A stretch of 64,000 bases of DNA from Nitrososphaerales archaeon (GCA_046759465.1 JBHICH010000001.1:9953-73952); one strand, 5' to 3'; positions 1 to 8,693 are shown, counted from the first letter of the stretch. The notes: generated by a model not told the origin, from the letters alone. Made by a program: numbers and translations.

Positions 1-185
1 CAAGGGGTGGTTTGATCGGTGCCGGTCATCCAATCGGTACTACTGGTGTTGCACAAGCTGTAGAAGTTGCAATGCAGTTAAAGGGTAAAGCTGGGAAAAG
101 ACAGGTTAGCGATTGTAAGACCGGACTTGTTCATAACATGTCAGCAGCTGCAACATCGTCAACTATTATGATAATGGGTGTTTAG
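1..185 (+). CDS. Thiolase (acetyl-CoA C-acetyltransferase family), C-terminal fragment; 5' end lies outside the window
   Basis: Frame 3 reads ...RGGLIGAGHPIGTTGVAQAVEVAMQLKGKAGKRQVSDCKTGLVHNMSAAATSSTIMIMGV*. This is the conserved C-terminal GHPxGxTG catalytic-His region of thiolases. Stop TAG is at 183-185 and overlaps the next gene's GTG start by 8 nt. Confidence 0.8.
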   Translation, partial: RGGLIGAGHPIGTTGVAQAVEVAMQLKGKAGKRQVSDCKTGLVHNMSAAATSSTIMIMGV

Positions 186-528
186 TTTGCAGGAGTTTAT
201 CGAATCATTAAATGCTGGAAGATTAGTTACAAGTAAGTGCCTGGAATGTAAAAATATAATATGGCCACCGAGCAATGTGTGTCCAACATGCGTTTCTGAC
301 CGTATAGAATGGGTTGGAATAGATGCCAATGGAAAACTTGTAGAACTTTCAGAATCATTTCTTACAAATGAACCTTCAGTATTTGGACTAGTAGAGCTCG
401 ACAATGGTATAAGACTTATGGCAAAAATAGTTGGTAGCAATGCTAAACTTAAAAAAGGCAATAATGTCAAAATGACAAAGTGCGGATTAGAAAAAAACGA
501 AGTTTATTTTGAATTTCAGTTGATATAA
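178..528 (+). CDS. DUF35-type zinc-ribbon/OB-fold protein (thiolase-associated scaffold protein)
   Basis: 116-aa ORF with a GTG start. CLECKNIIWPPSNVCPTC is a C-x2-C...C-x2-C zinc ribbon, followed by an OB-like C-terminus. Sitting directly after a thiolase is the conserved archaeal arrangement. Confidence 0.8.
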   Translation: MFSLQEFIESLNAGRLVTSKCLECKNIIWPPSNVCPTCVSDRIEWVGIDANGKLVELSESFLTNEPSVFGLVELDNGIRLMAKIVGSNAKLKKGNNVKMTKCGLEKNEVYFEFQLI

Positions 529-700
529 TCTGGAAAAGTAGAACTGAATGCATAAAGCAGCCAGTCGAGCATTACATCCGGATAGACAAACCACTTGCTC
601 AATGCTACCATTATCTAAGAGAATTTAGTTCCAAATTCTTCGTTATTTATGTCCTTAATCTAGAGGAAAATCATTAATCAATGCAGAGCTAATTATTAGT

Positions 701-1240
701 GTGGGAAAGGTAAGTGCAGTAAAATCTGCAAGAACCAGGCGGCAGCGTGGATACAGGTGGGAAGATGTTCTGGTTAAGAGACTAAACTCTTGCGTTGGCT
801 GGCATGCATTCAGATTAGGTTCTCCAAGTATAGGACTCCCTGATGTTATTGCCACAAACACAAACCATGACATGATACTTGCGATAGAAGCAAAGTCTGG
901 AACATCAGACATAATTCCAGTGCCAAAGGATCAGATCGAGCGGTGTTTACGATGGTTGAGTGCATTTGACAAGTATTCAAATAGACGTGCAGTAATGGCT
1001 TTCAAGTTCATGTCAAAGAAATGGAAGAAGGCTGGGACGTACGAGAAAAGAGAGAGAAGGGAATACTTCAAGTTATGGCATCCAAGAAGAATCCCGTGCA
1101 ATTTTGTATGCAAGTATGATGGTTCTACTTATGCATTTTCAGGTGGCAAGCGAAAGAAAATGAAACTTTTGAATTTTACCATGCCATTTCAAGTAATCGG
1201 AAAACCGAAGGCTTTTAACAGGCTGCCTCAAATAAGATAA
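701..1240 (+). CDS. hjc: Holliday junction resolvase Hjc (PD-(D/E)xK nuclease) with a basic C-terminal extension
   Basis: RWEDVLVKRL...GSPSIGLPDVIATNTNHDMILAIEAKSG...AVMAFKF reproduces the E / D / E-x-K catalytic pattern and spacing of archaeal Hjc. GTG start. About 50 aa longer than typical Hjc. Confidence 0.7.
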   Translation: MGKVSAVKSARTRRQRGYRWEDVLVKRLNSCVGWHAFRLGSPSIGLPDVIATNTNHDMILAIEAKSGTSDIIPVPKDQIERCLRWLSAFDKYSNRRAVMAFKFMSKKWKKAGTYEKRERREYFKLWHPRRIPCNFVCKYDGSTYAFSGGKRKKMKLLNFTMPFQVIGKPKAFNRLPQIR

Positions 1241-1243
1241 AAT

Positions 1244-1606
1244 ATGAGTTTCAAGAGCTATATTGATGAGCGCCTTATTACAAGCAAAGATGCATTGAAC
1301 AGGTTAGAAATTAAATTGAAACTTCTTGAAATTGAAGAAGGAGCGATAGATCAAGCTTCTTTCAAATACGGTAGCAGGGTTCTTGTAAAGAAGGTTCTCG
1401 CAACGATAAAAAATACACGAACGAACGAGGTTGAAGAAAAAGAACTAGATCTTTCTGCCATAGAGGAGGAGATCAAAGCAAAAAGGACATACAGCACTGC
1501 TAACAGGTGGATAATGGCCACAGACATAAAGAAGGGATATGTTGCATCATACAGACACCATGAGCTTCTTGCTAATGCCATCGCTCTAGATTACGTTATC
1601 ATTTAA
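1244..1606 (+). CDS. Hypothetical protein, 120 aa, predicted coiled-coil N-terminus
   Basis: ATG ORF starting 4 nt after the hjc stop on the same strand. No motif recognised. Confidence 0.5.
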   Translation: MSFKSYIDERLITSKDALNRLEIKLKLLEIEEGAIDQASFKYGSRVLVKKVLATIKNTRTNEVEEKELDLSAIEEEIKAKRTYSTANRWIMATDIKKGYVASYRHHELLANAIALDYVII

Positions 1607-1647
1607 AGCTTAACAGACCTTTCAGTACCAGATTTTTTGGAATCCTT

Positions 1648-1797
1648 CTATGCCACTTTGCATTTACATGCTAAATTACACTTGAACATAACGCGATCTA
1701 TGCCTGCTATCTCTCCTACCTTGACATCCAAGTCTATTTCTTTAAGGTGCCTTTTAAATCTCTTCTCATAATTGCTGCCCTTTTTAGTGCAAACCAC
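1648..1797 (-). CDS. Possible small ORF (49 aa, GTG start), Cys-containing
   Basis: Hand translation gives VVCTKKGSNYEKRFKRHLKEIDLDVKVGEIAGIDRVMFKCNLACKCKVA*. It is below the track cutoff and fills an otherwise empty 240-bp gap. No homology recognised. Confidence 0.2.
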   Translation of the reverse strand: MVCTKKGSNYEKRFKRHLKEIDLDVKVGEIAGIDRVMFKCNLACKCKVA

Positions 1798-1847
1798 TGA
1801 AAAGTGTCAACAGTAAAATTTATGGGCAATCGTTTAGCATCAATGAT

Positions 1848-2108
1848 ATGGTAACACAAAGCGTCAAGGTCAATGGACGTGGTTATACAATAACGCTTAG
1901 CGAACAGACCACTATGTTGGTTACACGCCTAAAGAAGCTTTATTCTGCCAGCTACGGTGATGTGGAAAGTTTCGACCAGATAAGTCTGGCCATATCAAAC
2001 ACAATAAATGAGTTAAGAAAGCAATCCATCAGTCCTGAACCACTTGATGAAGACCTTGATGGTGTTATCCAGGCACTGTTGAAGTTATTTGAGAAGAAGG
2101 AACAATAG
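1848..2108 (+). CDS. Hypothetical protein, 86 aa
   Basis: ATG ORF in the track. No motif recognised. Confidence 0.45.
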   Translation: MVTQSVKVNGRGYTITLSEQTTMLVTRLKKLYSASYGDVESFDQISLAISNTINELRKQSISPEPLDEDLDGVIQALLKLFEKKEQ

Positions 2109-2180
2109 GTAGTAAAAATTGAGTATTTGATCATGTTCTCAAGCGAGTAACTTTAAATGTATGTGAAATGAATATTCGGC

Positions 2181-2318
2181 ATGATCCACTGCGAATGTGG
2201 CATTTGTGACCACTCTTCAGAAAAGGAATGTATTGAAAAGGAATGTGTGTGCTGCTTAAACTTCCATCTCAGGTCAGGCCCTAAAATTCTGAAGGCAAGC
2301 AGCAACCAGAACGACTAA
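2181..2318 (+). CDS. Possible Cys-rich micro-protein (45 aa, 7 Cys)
   Basis: Hand translation gives MIHCECGICDHSSEKECIEKECVCCLNFHLRSGPKILKASSNQND*. The Cys clusters (CxCxxC, CxxxxCxCC) suggest metal binding. Below the track cutoff. Confidence 0.3.
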   Translation: MIHCECGICDHSSEKECIEKECVCCLNFHLRSGPKILKASSNQND

Positions 2319-2385
2319 TTTATGATATCTTATAAAAATTAGAATTTAGGTTTAAATAACTATCAACTCTGTCTCATATTAATAA

Positions 2386-3726
2386 ATGAAAGCTGAGGCG
2401 TATCAGCAGTGCATAGTTCCTTCCTGCGGACTCAAATATCCTGTCGGTGAAGCAAGGGTATACTGTGCAAGGGGGCATTTATTGGATGTCAGATACAAAA
2501 ACAGCTTTCCTAAGTACCTAAAGGAGGTTTTCTACGGAAGGCGAAACCATGGAGGCAATATATACAATGAAAGTGGGGTATGGCGCTTCAGGGAATTGAT
2601 CAACTTTTCACAAATAAACAGTGAAAATCTGTCACAGTGCGCCAAGGTTCTTGTTTCGTTAGATGGAGCTGAAGGAAGGTTATCAAGACCCTACAAAATG
2701 ACGAAGGTTTCAGAATTTGTTGGTATGAAGCCTAGTAAGTTGTTTTTGCAACCAGAGGGATACAATCCAAGTGGCTCATTCAAGGATAATGGAATGTCTA
2801 CAGCATTGACACATGCAAAGATGCTTGGTATAAAGAAGGTAATCTGTGCATCCACTGGAAATACATCTGCATCAGCTGCAATGTACGCTTCCAATGAAGG
2901 TATTGAATGTGATGTCTTGATACCGAAGGGAGAAGTAGCTCCAGGCAAGCTGGGTCAGGCATTTCAGTTCGGAGCGCAGGTTATCGAGATAGAAGGTAAT
3001 TTTGATGATGCTCTTTCGGCATCTTTAAACGAAGTGAAGAAATCTGGTGCATACACAGTAAATTCGATCAATCCGTTTAGGTTGGAGGGACAGAAGACCA
3101 TAGTTTACAGAGTTATGGAGCATCTAAAGTGGGAACCGCCTGACTGGATCTTCTATCCTGGCGGTGCACTTGGCAATGTCTCAAGCGCAGGAAAGTGTCT
3201 TATCGAGTTGCATGAATGGGGTTGGATGAAGAAGGTGCCAAGACTTGCAGTTGTTAATTCAGAAGGGGCAAATACCCTCTACAATCTATACAATGGAAAA
3301 TATGGTGCAAAATTGCGATGGAACGATGGTGATGTTGATGAGGAACTTATAGATGATTATTACCAGTACGTGGACAAGAACAAAATTAAACCGAAGACCG
3401 AGGCAACAGCAATACAGATAGGGAAGCCAGCAAATATGCTAAAGGCACTAAGAGCGCTGGAGTTCACAAAGGGCGTAGTTACGCAGGTTAGTGATAAGGA
3501 GATGTATGATGGCATGTCAATAGTAGGCCTTAACGGATTTGACTGCGAACTAGCATCCGGGTCTGTACCTGCTGGTATCAAAAAGTTAAGAGCTGAAGGT
3601 GTTATAGCAAACGATGATCTTGTTGTAGCCATATTAACGGGTAGACAGAAAGATCCTAACGTCCCCGTAAGGTATCATTTAGATCCCAACAATAGATTTG
3701 CAAATCCTCCAAAGGGGTATAACTGA
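2386..3726 (+). CDS. thrC: Threonine synthase (PLP-dependent), archaeal type with N-terminal zinc-ribbon-like segment
   Basis: 446 aa. NPSGSFKDNGM carries the PLP lysine motif. The remaining layout matches ThrC. N-terminus is CIVPSCG...YCARGH. Confidence 0.9.
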   Translation: MKAEAYQQCIVPSCGLKYPVGEARVYCARGHLLDVRYKNSFPKYLKEVFYGRRNHGGNIYNESGVWRFRELINFSQINSENLSQCAKVLVSLDGAEGRLSRPYKMTKVSEFVGMKPSKLFLQPEGYNPSGSFKDNGMSTALTHAKMLGIKKVICASTGNTSASAAMYASNEGIECDVLIPKGEVAPGKLGQAFQFGAQVIEIEGNFDDALSASLNEVKKSGAYTVNSINPFRLEGQKTIVYRVMEHLKWEPPDWIFYPGGALGNVSSAGKCLIELHEWGWMKKVPRLAVVNSEGANTLYNLYNGKYGAKLRWNDGDVDEELIDDYYQYVDKNKIKPKTEATAIQIGKPANMLKALRALEFTKGVVTQVSDKEMYDGMSIVGLNGFDCELASGSVPAGIKKLRAEGVIANDDLVVAILTGRQKDPNVPVRYHLDPNNRFANPPKGYN

Positions 3727-3741
3727 ATGCAGTGAAATATT

Positions 3742-3784
3742 ATTACAACCAAATATTTCGTAACATTATGAGATTGGTTGTAAT
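3742..3784. repeat. Perfect 11-bp inverted repeat (hairpin) just after the thrC stop
   Basis: ATTACAACCAA (3742-3752) and TTGGTTGTAAT (3774-3784) with a 21-nt spacer. No T-run follows, so a terminator role is uncertain. Confidence 0.4.
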
Positions 3785-3930
3785 GAATTCAAATTGCTGC
3801 TTATAATATCAGCTACATAGTGCCAAAGATGCCTATGGTGAAAGCTGATCCTTCATGACGCCTAAAACGATCCAAACCAAGTCTGTCAGGCGATTTTTGG
3901 TAAAGAATGAAATTGAGTTTTGGTGATCCA

Positions 3931-3960
3931 TTATTCGTAAAAGTTATTCTTTACGAATAA
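3931..3960. repeat. Perfect 11-bp hairpin in the long thrC-tuf spacer
   Basis: TTATTCGTAAA (3931-3941) and TTTACGAATAA (3950-3960) with an 8-nt loop. Confidence 0.4.
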
Positions 3961-4219
3961 ACATGTAGCAGCATATGTTTATAGCAAAAGGCTATCTACT
4001 AAAATTGCTAATGGTACGCATGACTTCTTTACGAAGGGACAGGTAAAGCTTACAGAGAAATATGCGAAATCGCAGTGAATGCTTAACCTGAGCCAAGCCG
4101 TAGAAGACATAATCAAGAATGGTAAGGACTAGACTGTAGCAGTTTTTCTCTATTTGTATATGTCCAGTCTATTAGCGAATAGAAATGCAAATAAAGCCCT
4201 TGCACAGATGTATTGCGAT

Positions 4220-5548
4220 ATGAGTAGCAAAAAACCACACCTAAATCTCATAATAACAGGTCATGTAGATCACGGTAAATCAACATTGGTTGGGCATTTA
4301 ATGTATGATCTGGGCATGATCGACCAAAGGAAGATAGAGGAGTTTGCAAAAGAGTCGGAGAAGACAGGAAAGGGAGACACCTTCAAGTTCGCATGGGTTC
4401 TTGACAAACTAAAGGATGAGAGAGAAAGAGGTCTGACGATAGATCTTGCGTTCCAGAAGTTTGAAACGAAGAAATTCTTCTTTACATTAATAGATGCCCC
4501 AGGTCATAGAGACTTTGTTAAGAACATGATTACAGGCGCATCTGAAGCAGACTGTGCTGTGTTGGTTGTATCGGCAGCAAAAGGAGAAACGCAAGTTGCT
4601 GTAGACCCCGGTGGACAGGCAAGGGAGCACGCGTTCCTGCTAAGAACATTGGGAGTGAATCAACTTGTGGTTGCAATAAACAAGATGGATGAACAGCTCG
4701 TAAATTATGCAAAGGATAGATACGACGAAGTCAAAGCTATAGTTGAACACTTGTTAAAAGGTGTAGGATACGATACAACGAAGGTAAGATTCATTCCTAC
4801 ATCTGGATGGAAAGGTGATGACTTGATCAAGAAGTCAGAGAACATGAAGTGGTATGATGGTCCAACATTGGTGGACGCTTTAGATGAGTTTGTAGAACCA
4901 GAGAAGCCATTAAACAAGCCACTGCGAATCCCATTGCAAGATGTTTACTCCATAACTGGTGTTGGTACCGTGCCAGTGGGTAGAGTAGAAACAGGGAGGA
5001 TGAAACCAAACGATAAGATAGTCGTGATGCCAGAGGGCGTGGTTGGGGAGATAAAGTCAATAGAAACCCATCACACACAAATAGCAGAAGCCGTTGCAGG
5101 TGACAATGTAGGATTTAATGTAAGAGGTATAGACAAAAAGCAGATCAAGCGTGGTGATGTTGTTGGTATACCAGGGAATCCTCCATCAGTAGTTAGAGAG
5201 TTCAAAGCACAGATAATCGTGATCTTCCATCCAACAGCAATAGCACCTGGATACACTCCAGTTTTGCATGCACACACGGCCCAGGTAGCTGCAACCCTAA
5301 ATGAGTTTGTAGCAAAGATAGATCCGAGAAGTGGACAGGTAGTCGAGGAAAAACCGAAGTTCCTTAAGAATGGCGATTCGGCCATTGTGAAGATCAGACC
5401 TGTAAGGCCACTTTGCATCGAGACATTTAAGGAATTTCCAGAGCTGGGCAGGTTTGCGTTAAGGGACATGGGCACCACAATAGCTGCCGGTGTTGTGCAG
5501 GAAATAACAGAAAGGTTCACAGCAGAAAAGATTGCTGCGAAGGCGTAA
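4220..5548 (+). CDS. tuf: Translation elongation factor aEF-1alpha
   Basis: MSSKKPHLNLIITGHVDHGKSTLVGHL..., DAPGHRDF and NKMD GTPase motifs. The track ORF starts at TTG 4154, but ATG 4220 gives the canonical N-terminus. Confidence 0.95.
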   Translation: MSSKKPHLNLIITGHVDHGKSTLVGHLMYDLGMIDQRKIEEFAKESEKTGKGDTFKFAWVLDKLKDERERGLTIDLAFQKFETKKFFFTLIDAPGHRDFVKNMITGASEADCAVLVVSAAKGETQVAVDPGGQAREHAFLLRTLGVNQLVVAINKMDEQLVNYAKDRYDEVKAIVEHLLKGVGYDTTKVRFIPTSGWKGDDLIKKSENMKWYDGPTLVDALDEFVEPEKPLNKPLRIPLQDVYSITGVGTVPVGRVETGRMKPNDKIVVMPEGVVGEIKSIETHHTQIAEAVAGDNVGFNVRGIDKKQIKRGDVVGIPGNPPSVVREFKAQIIVIFHPTAIAPGYTPVLHAHTAQVAATLNEFVAKIDPRSGQVVEEKPKFLKNGDSAIVKIRPVRPLCIETFKEFPELGRFALRDMGTTIAAGVVQEITERFTAEKIAAKA

Positions 5549-5559
5549 CGTGAATATCG

Positions 5560-5868
5560 ATGACACAGCAGGCAAGGATAAAACTGACCAGTATAAATCT
5601 ACCTAGACTGGAAGACGTGTGTACCGAAATACGAAGTATTGGCGAGAAAGCTGGAATCAAGATCAAGGGTCCCTTGCCTTTGCCAACTAAGAAAATGAAG
5701 GTAGTAACCAGGAAGGCGCCCAGTGGTCAGGGAACAAATACATACGACAAGTGGGAGATGCGGGTTCATAGAAGAGTCATAGATCTTGCTGCTGATGACA
5801 GAGCAATGAGGCAGTTAATGAGGTTGAAGATACCTGATGATGTATATATCGAAGTTTCTTTAACCTAA
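5560..5868 (+). CDS. rps10: 30S ribosomal protein S10
   Basis: 102 aa, immediately after tuf (the conserved tuf-rps10 pair). ARIKLTS...PLPTK...HRRVIDL is the typical uS10 pattern. Confidence 0.95.
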   Translation: MTQQARIKLTSINLPRLEDVCTEIRSIGEKAGIKIKGPLPLPTKKMKVVTRKAPSGQGTNTYDKWEMRVHRRVIDLAADDRAMRQLMRLKIPDDVYIEVSLT

Positions 5869-5925
5869 CTGCATCCTTTTGCTCTTTAACTTACGCTTAA
5901 ATGTGGGTTCTTAAAACTTTTTTAT

Positions 5926-6096
5926 ATGGAAAGTCAGAGTGAGGGATTGGGAAATGTTGTTTATGAATGCATGCGATGTGGCACTACCGTAAGTGTTGAA
6001 GAATTGAATAGATTGCCCGAAATAAAATGTATCTGTGGATTCAGGGTCTTCAGAAAGTGCAGACCACCAATAGTAAAGCAGGTAAAGGGCTTATAG
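5926..6096 (+). CDS. rpoP: DNA-directed RNA polymerase subunit P (Rpo12)
   Basis: Hand-found 56-aa ORF MESQSEGLGNVVYECMRCGTTVSVEELNRLPEIKCICGFRVFRKCRPPIVKQVKGL*. It has the YxCxxCG...CxCGxR(V/I)xxKxR zinc ribbon typical of RpoP. Below the track cutoff. Confidence 0.8.
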   Translation: MESQSEGLGNVVYECMRCGTTVSVEELNRLPEIKCICGFRVFRKCRPPIVKQVKGL

Positions 6097-6154
6097 GCAT
6101 CTTTCTTATTTTTAATCTGTAAGTATATTAATGCAAGAAAGTCAATAGCCGGCG

Positions 6155-7096
6155 TTGTCTGCTGCTAAAGATAAACATAGCTTAGAGCTAATAATTGATA
6201 AGGTAGTAACAAAGGATGGTAAAGAAAAGAAGGTGCAGTTCACTGTAAGACTGGATCCGAAAAGGTACGAGAAGAGAAGTGTTAATGGGGAAAAAGGGTT
6301 CTATGACAAGACAGAAAAGATCTTCATCCCTGAAGCAGTCTTCAAGATATTGATGGATGAGATCACTACGCAACCAATACGTTCGGCCGAATCAAAATTT
6401 GAAGAACTGTATACACATATCCTTGAAAGCCAGACTAGAGTAAAAAGAGCAGTTACTCAGGGATTAAAGTTTGAAACCGCAATAGTTCCTTCCGCACAAT
6501 ATCTAGAGAGGCACCTTAATACCAAACAGCACGTCGTAGTGCTCTATGTCGATATAGCTGGTTCTACGAGCATGGGCATGGTTCTACCTGCAGATAAACT
6601 TGCTACTATTATCAAGATCTTTGTGCAGGAGATGTCGTATCTTATAGCAGGCTATCATGGCTACGTTCTAAAGTATGCTGGTGATTGTGTTATAGCATAC
6701 TTTCCTGCAGAAACTAATCTTGCGGAGGTATGCGGTAATGTTGTTAACTGTGCTAGATCCATGATTAAGGTTGTGGAATATGCCGTAAATCCAGTTCTAG
6801 AAGAATATGGATATCCTGAACTCAAGATCAAGATTGGAATCGATCTAGGAGAAAATCAGATAGTTAGATTGGGTGATGATTTTGACATTTTGGGCTACAC
6901 GATGAGCATAGTTGGAAAGATAAGTGAGTTAGCTAAACCTAGTCAAATAGTCATTGGCCGTTGGGTATACGATGCCTTGCAAAACCCTCTAAGGAGTATG
7001 TTCGCTAAACTCCATTTGAGCCCTCACGCATGGAACTACAGGGACTCTAGGGAGGGCAAACTCTATACGCTTTACTCACTGAATACTGAGGCGTAA
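6155..7096 (+). CDS. Class III nucleotidyl-cyclase-like domain protein with an unknown ~120-aa N-terminal domain
   Basis: VVLYVDIAGSTSM...LKYAGDCVIAYF...KIGIDLGENQIVRLGDDFDILGYTMSIVGKISELA follows the two metal-binding Asp segments and beta-hairpin of the cyclase homology domain. The NxxxR transition-state pair is not evident. TTG start, so the N-terminus is uncertain. Confidence 0.6.
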   Translation: MSAAKDKHSLELIIDKVVTKDGKEKKVQFTVRLDPKRYEKRSVNGEKGFYDKTEKIFIPEAVFKILMDEITTQPIRSAESKFEELYTHILESQTRVKRAVTQGLKFETAIVPSAQYLERHLNTKQHVVVLYVDIAGSTSMGMVLPADKLATIIKIFVQEMSYLIAGYHGYVLKYAGDCVIAYFPAETNLAEVCGNVVNCARSMIKVVEYAVNPVLEEYGYPELKIKIGIDLGENQIVRLGDDFDILGYTMSIVGKISELAKPSQIVIGRWVYDALQNPLRSMFAKLHLSPHAWNYRDSREGKLYTLYSLNTEA

Positions 7097-7162
7097 GTGC
7101 AAAAAATCCCAAAGACCCTATATATTAAATAATATAAGGTAGCATTTCTATATTCTATCGAT

Positions 7163-7504
7163 ATGAAAAGAATTGAGGCAGTAGTTGCAACAGAGAGAAT
7201 TTACACATTGAATGATGCACTAAGAAAAGTTGGTGTTGGAGGCATGACGTGCTTTGACACAAGAGGTCGAGGTCAAATTCCTATTCCCCAACGAAGTGCT
7301 GGTCGGGCTGGACTCTTTACCCCTGAGTTCAATAGCAATTGCACAGTTGTAGTTGTTGTAAAGGATGGTGATGCGGATAAGGTTATTCAGGCAATTTTGC
7401 AGGGGGCAGGTACTGGTCTGGCGGGAGAGGGGAAGGTGTTTGTTAGCAAGGTTGATGATGCTGTGGACATAGGAAGTAAGAAAAGAGGAGAACAAGCACT
7501 CTAA
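7163..7504 (+). CDS. Nitrogen regulatory protein PII family (GlnB/GlnK-like)
   Basis: 113 aa. MKRIEAVV start, T-loop region RGRGQ..., and B-loop TGLAGEGKVFV (canonical TGxxGDGKIF). No adjacent amt gene. Confidence 0.8.
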   Translation: MKRIEAVVATERIYTLNDALRKVGVGGMTCFDTRGRGQIPIPQRSAGRAGLFTPEFNSNCTVVVVVKDGDADKVIQAILQGAGTGLAGEGKVFVSKVDDAVDIGSKKRGEQAL

Positions 7505-7577
7505 ACTTTTTTTGAATTGAATTTAACTGTCATAAAAAATAGCAAGACATTTAACCAACATTTTAGCAAAGTCAGTT

Positions 7578-8693
7578 GTGAAGATCACATTATCAACAAT
7601 AAAAGCAGACATCGGAGGTATAGGTGGTCACACGAAACCTAGCGATGAAGTTCTAAGAACAGTTGAAGGTGTGGTGCATAATGCAAAAGATAGCTTGTTG
7701 CTCGATCACTACATTGGACACTCTGGCGATGATATTCATATAATAATGAGTCACACAAAAGGTATTGAAAATAAAGAGATACATGGACTTGCCTGGGATG
7801 CGTTCAGGCAAGGAACAGAAGTTGCCAAAAAGCAAGGTTTGTATGGTGCTGGGCAAGATTTGCTAAAGGATTCATTTTCTGGAAATGTCAAGGGAATGGG
7901 TCCTGGTGTTGCAGAAATGGAGTTGGAAGAGAGACCTAATGAAGCATTCGTTGTTTTTGCCGCAGATAAAACTGAACCAGGGGCGTTTAACTTTCCATTT
8001 TATAGAATATTTATTGAAAGCAGAAGTAACACTGGACTAATAATAAATCCAGATCTTGCTGAAGGTGTCATCTTTAACATCATGGATGTTATTTCAGGTA
8101 AGGTTGCACAGCTTTATCTTTGGGAGGACAAGCCAGAGATAGAAGCTGGTTTGATGTATCCGGCTCGATATGTTGTTGAATCAGTAATGAGCAAGAAAGG
8201 AGAGCCTATAGTTAGCTCTTCAACAGACCGATTGCACAATATAGCTGGAACGTATGTTGGCAAGGATGATCCAATAGCAATTGTGAGGTGTCAGAAGTCA
8301 TTTCCAGCAACAGAGGAGGTTTGTAGTGCGTTTAACAACCCTCATTTTGTAGCAGGCAACACAAGGGGTAGCCATCACCTGCCGTTGATGCCAGTAAAGA
8401 TAAACACAGCAGCAAGTGTAAACTACGCAATACCAATTGTAATGGCTCTGGTTCTCAGTATGCGCAACGGCAAGTTTACTGGTCCGCACGATGGTTTTGA
8501 AAGCCCCGATTGGGACTACATAAGAGGTATTGCAACACAAAGAGCGCTGGATATGCGTAGTCAGGGTTTCATTCATCCAGCAACGTTGGTTCCCGATGAA
8601 CTCGAGTACAACAAGGGATACGAACTCAGGATGAAGAATCTAGAGAATAAGTTTAATAGCATAAAAAAATCACGTTCTAACTCGAAGCGATGA
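7578..8693 (+). CDS. fbp: Bifunctional fructose-1,6-bisphosphate aldolase/phosphatase (class V FBPase)
   Basis: GTG start. KITLSTIKADIGGIGGHTKP N-terminus and a length of ~370 aa are characteristic of archaeal FBPA/P. Confidence 0.95.
   Translation: MKITLSTIKADIGGIGGHTKPSDEVLRTVEGVVHNAKDSLLLDHYIGHSGDDIHIIMSHTKGIENKEIHGLAWDAFRQGTEVAKKQGLYGAGQDLLKDSFSGNVKGMGPGVAEMELEERPNEAFVVFAADKTEPGAFNFPFYRIFIESRSNTGLIINPDLAEGVIFNIMDVISGKVAQLYLWEDKPEIEAGLMYPARYVVESVMSKKGEPIVSSSTDRLHNIAGTYVGKDDPIAIVRCQKSFPATEEVCSAFNNPHFVAGNTRGSHHLPLMPVKINTAASVNYAIPIVMALVLSMRNGKFTGPHDGFESPDWDYIRGIATQRALDMRSQGFIHPATLVPDELEYNKGYELRMKNLENKFNSIKKSRSNSKR

Noticed and set aside
5071-5520. Long antisense ORFs inside well-supported genes. 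Examples: 5071-5520 in tuf, 12520-12927 in the binding-protein gene, 36233-36796 in hbd, 55985-56455 and 56705-57094 in trpC/trpD, 38514-38954 in the helicase gene, and 17826-18191 in alaX.
   Set aside because: These are shadow ORFs opposite strongly motif-supported genes. Their translations are low-complexity (S/L/P/C-rich) with no recognisable domains.
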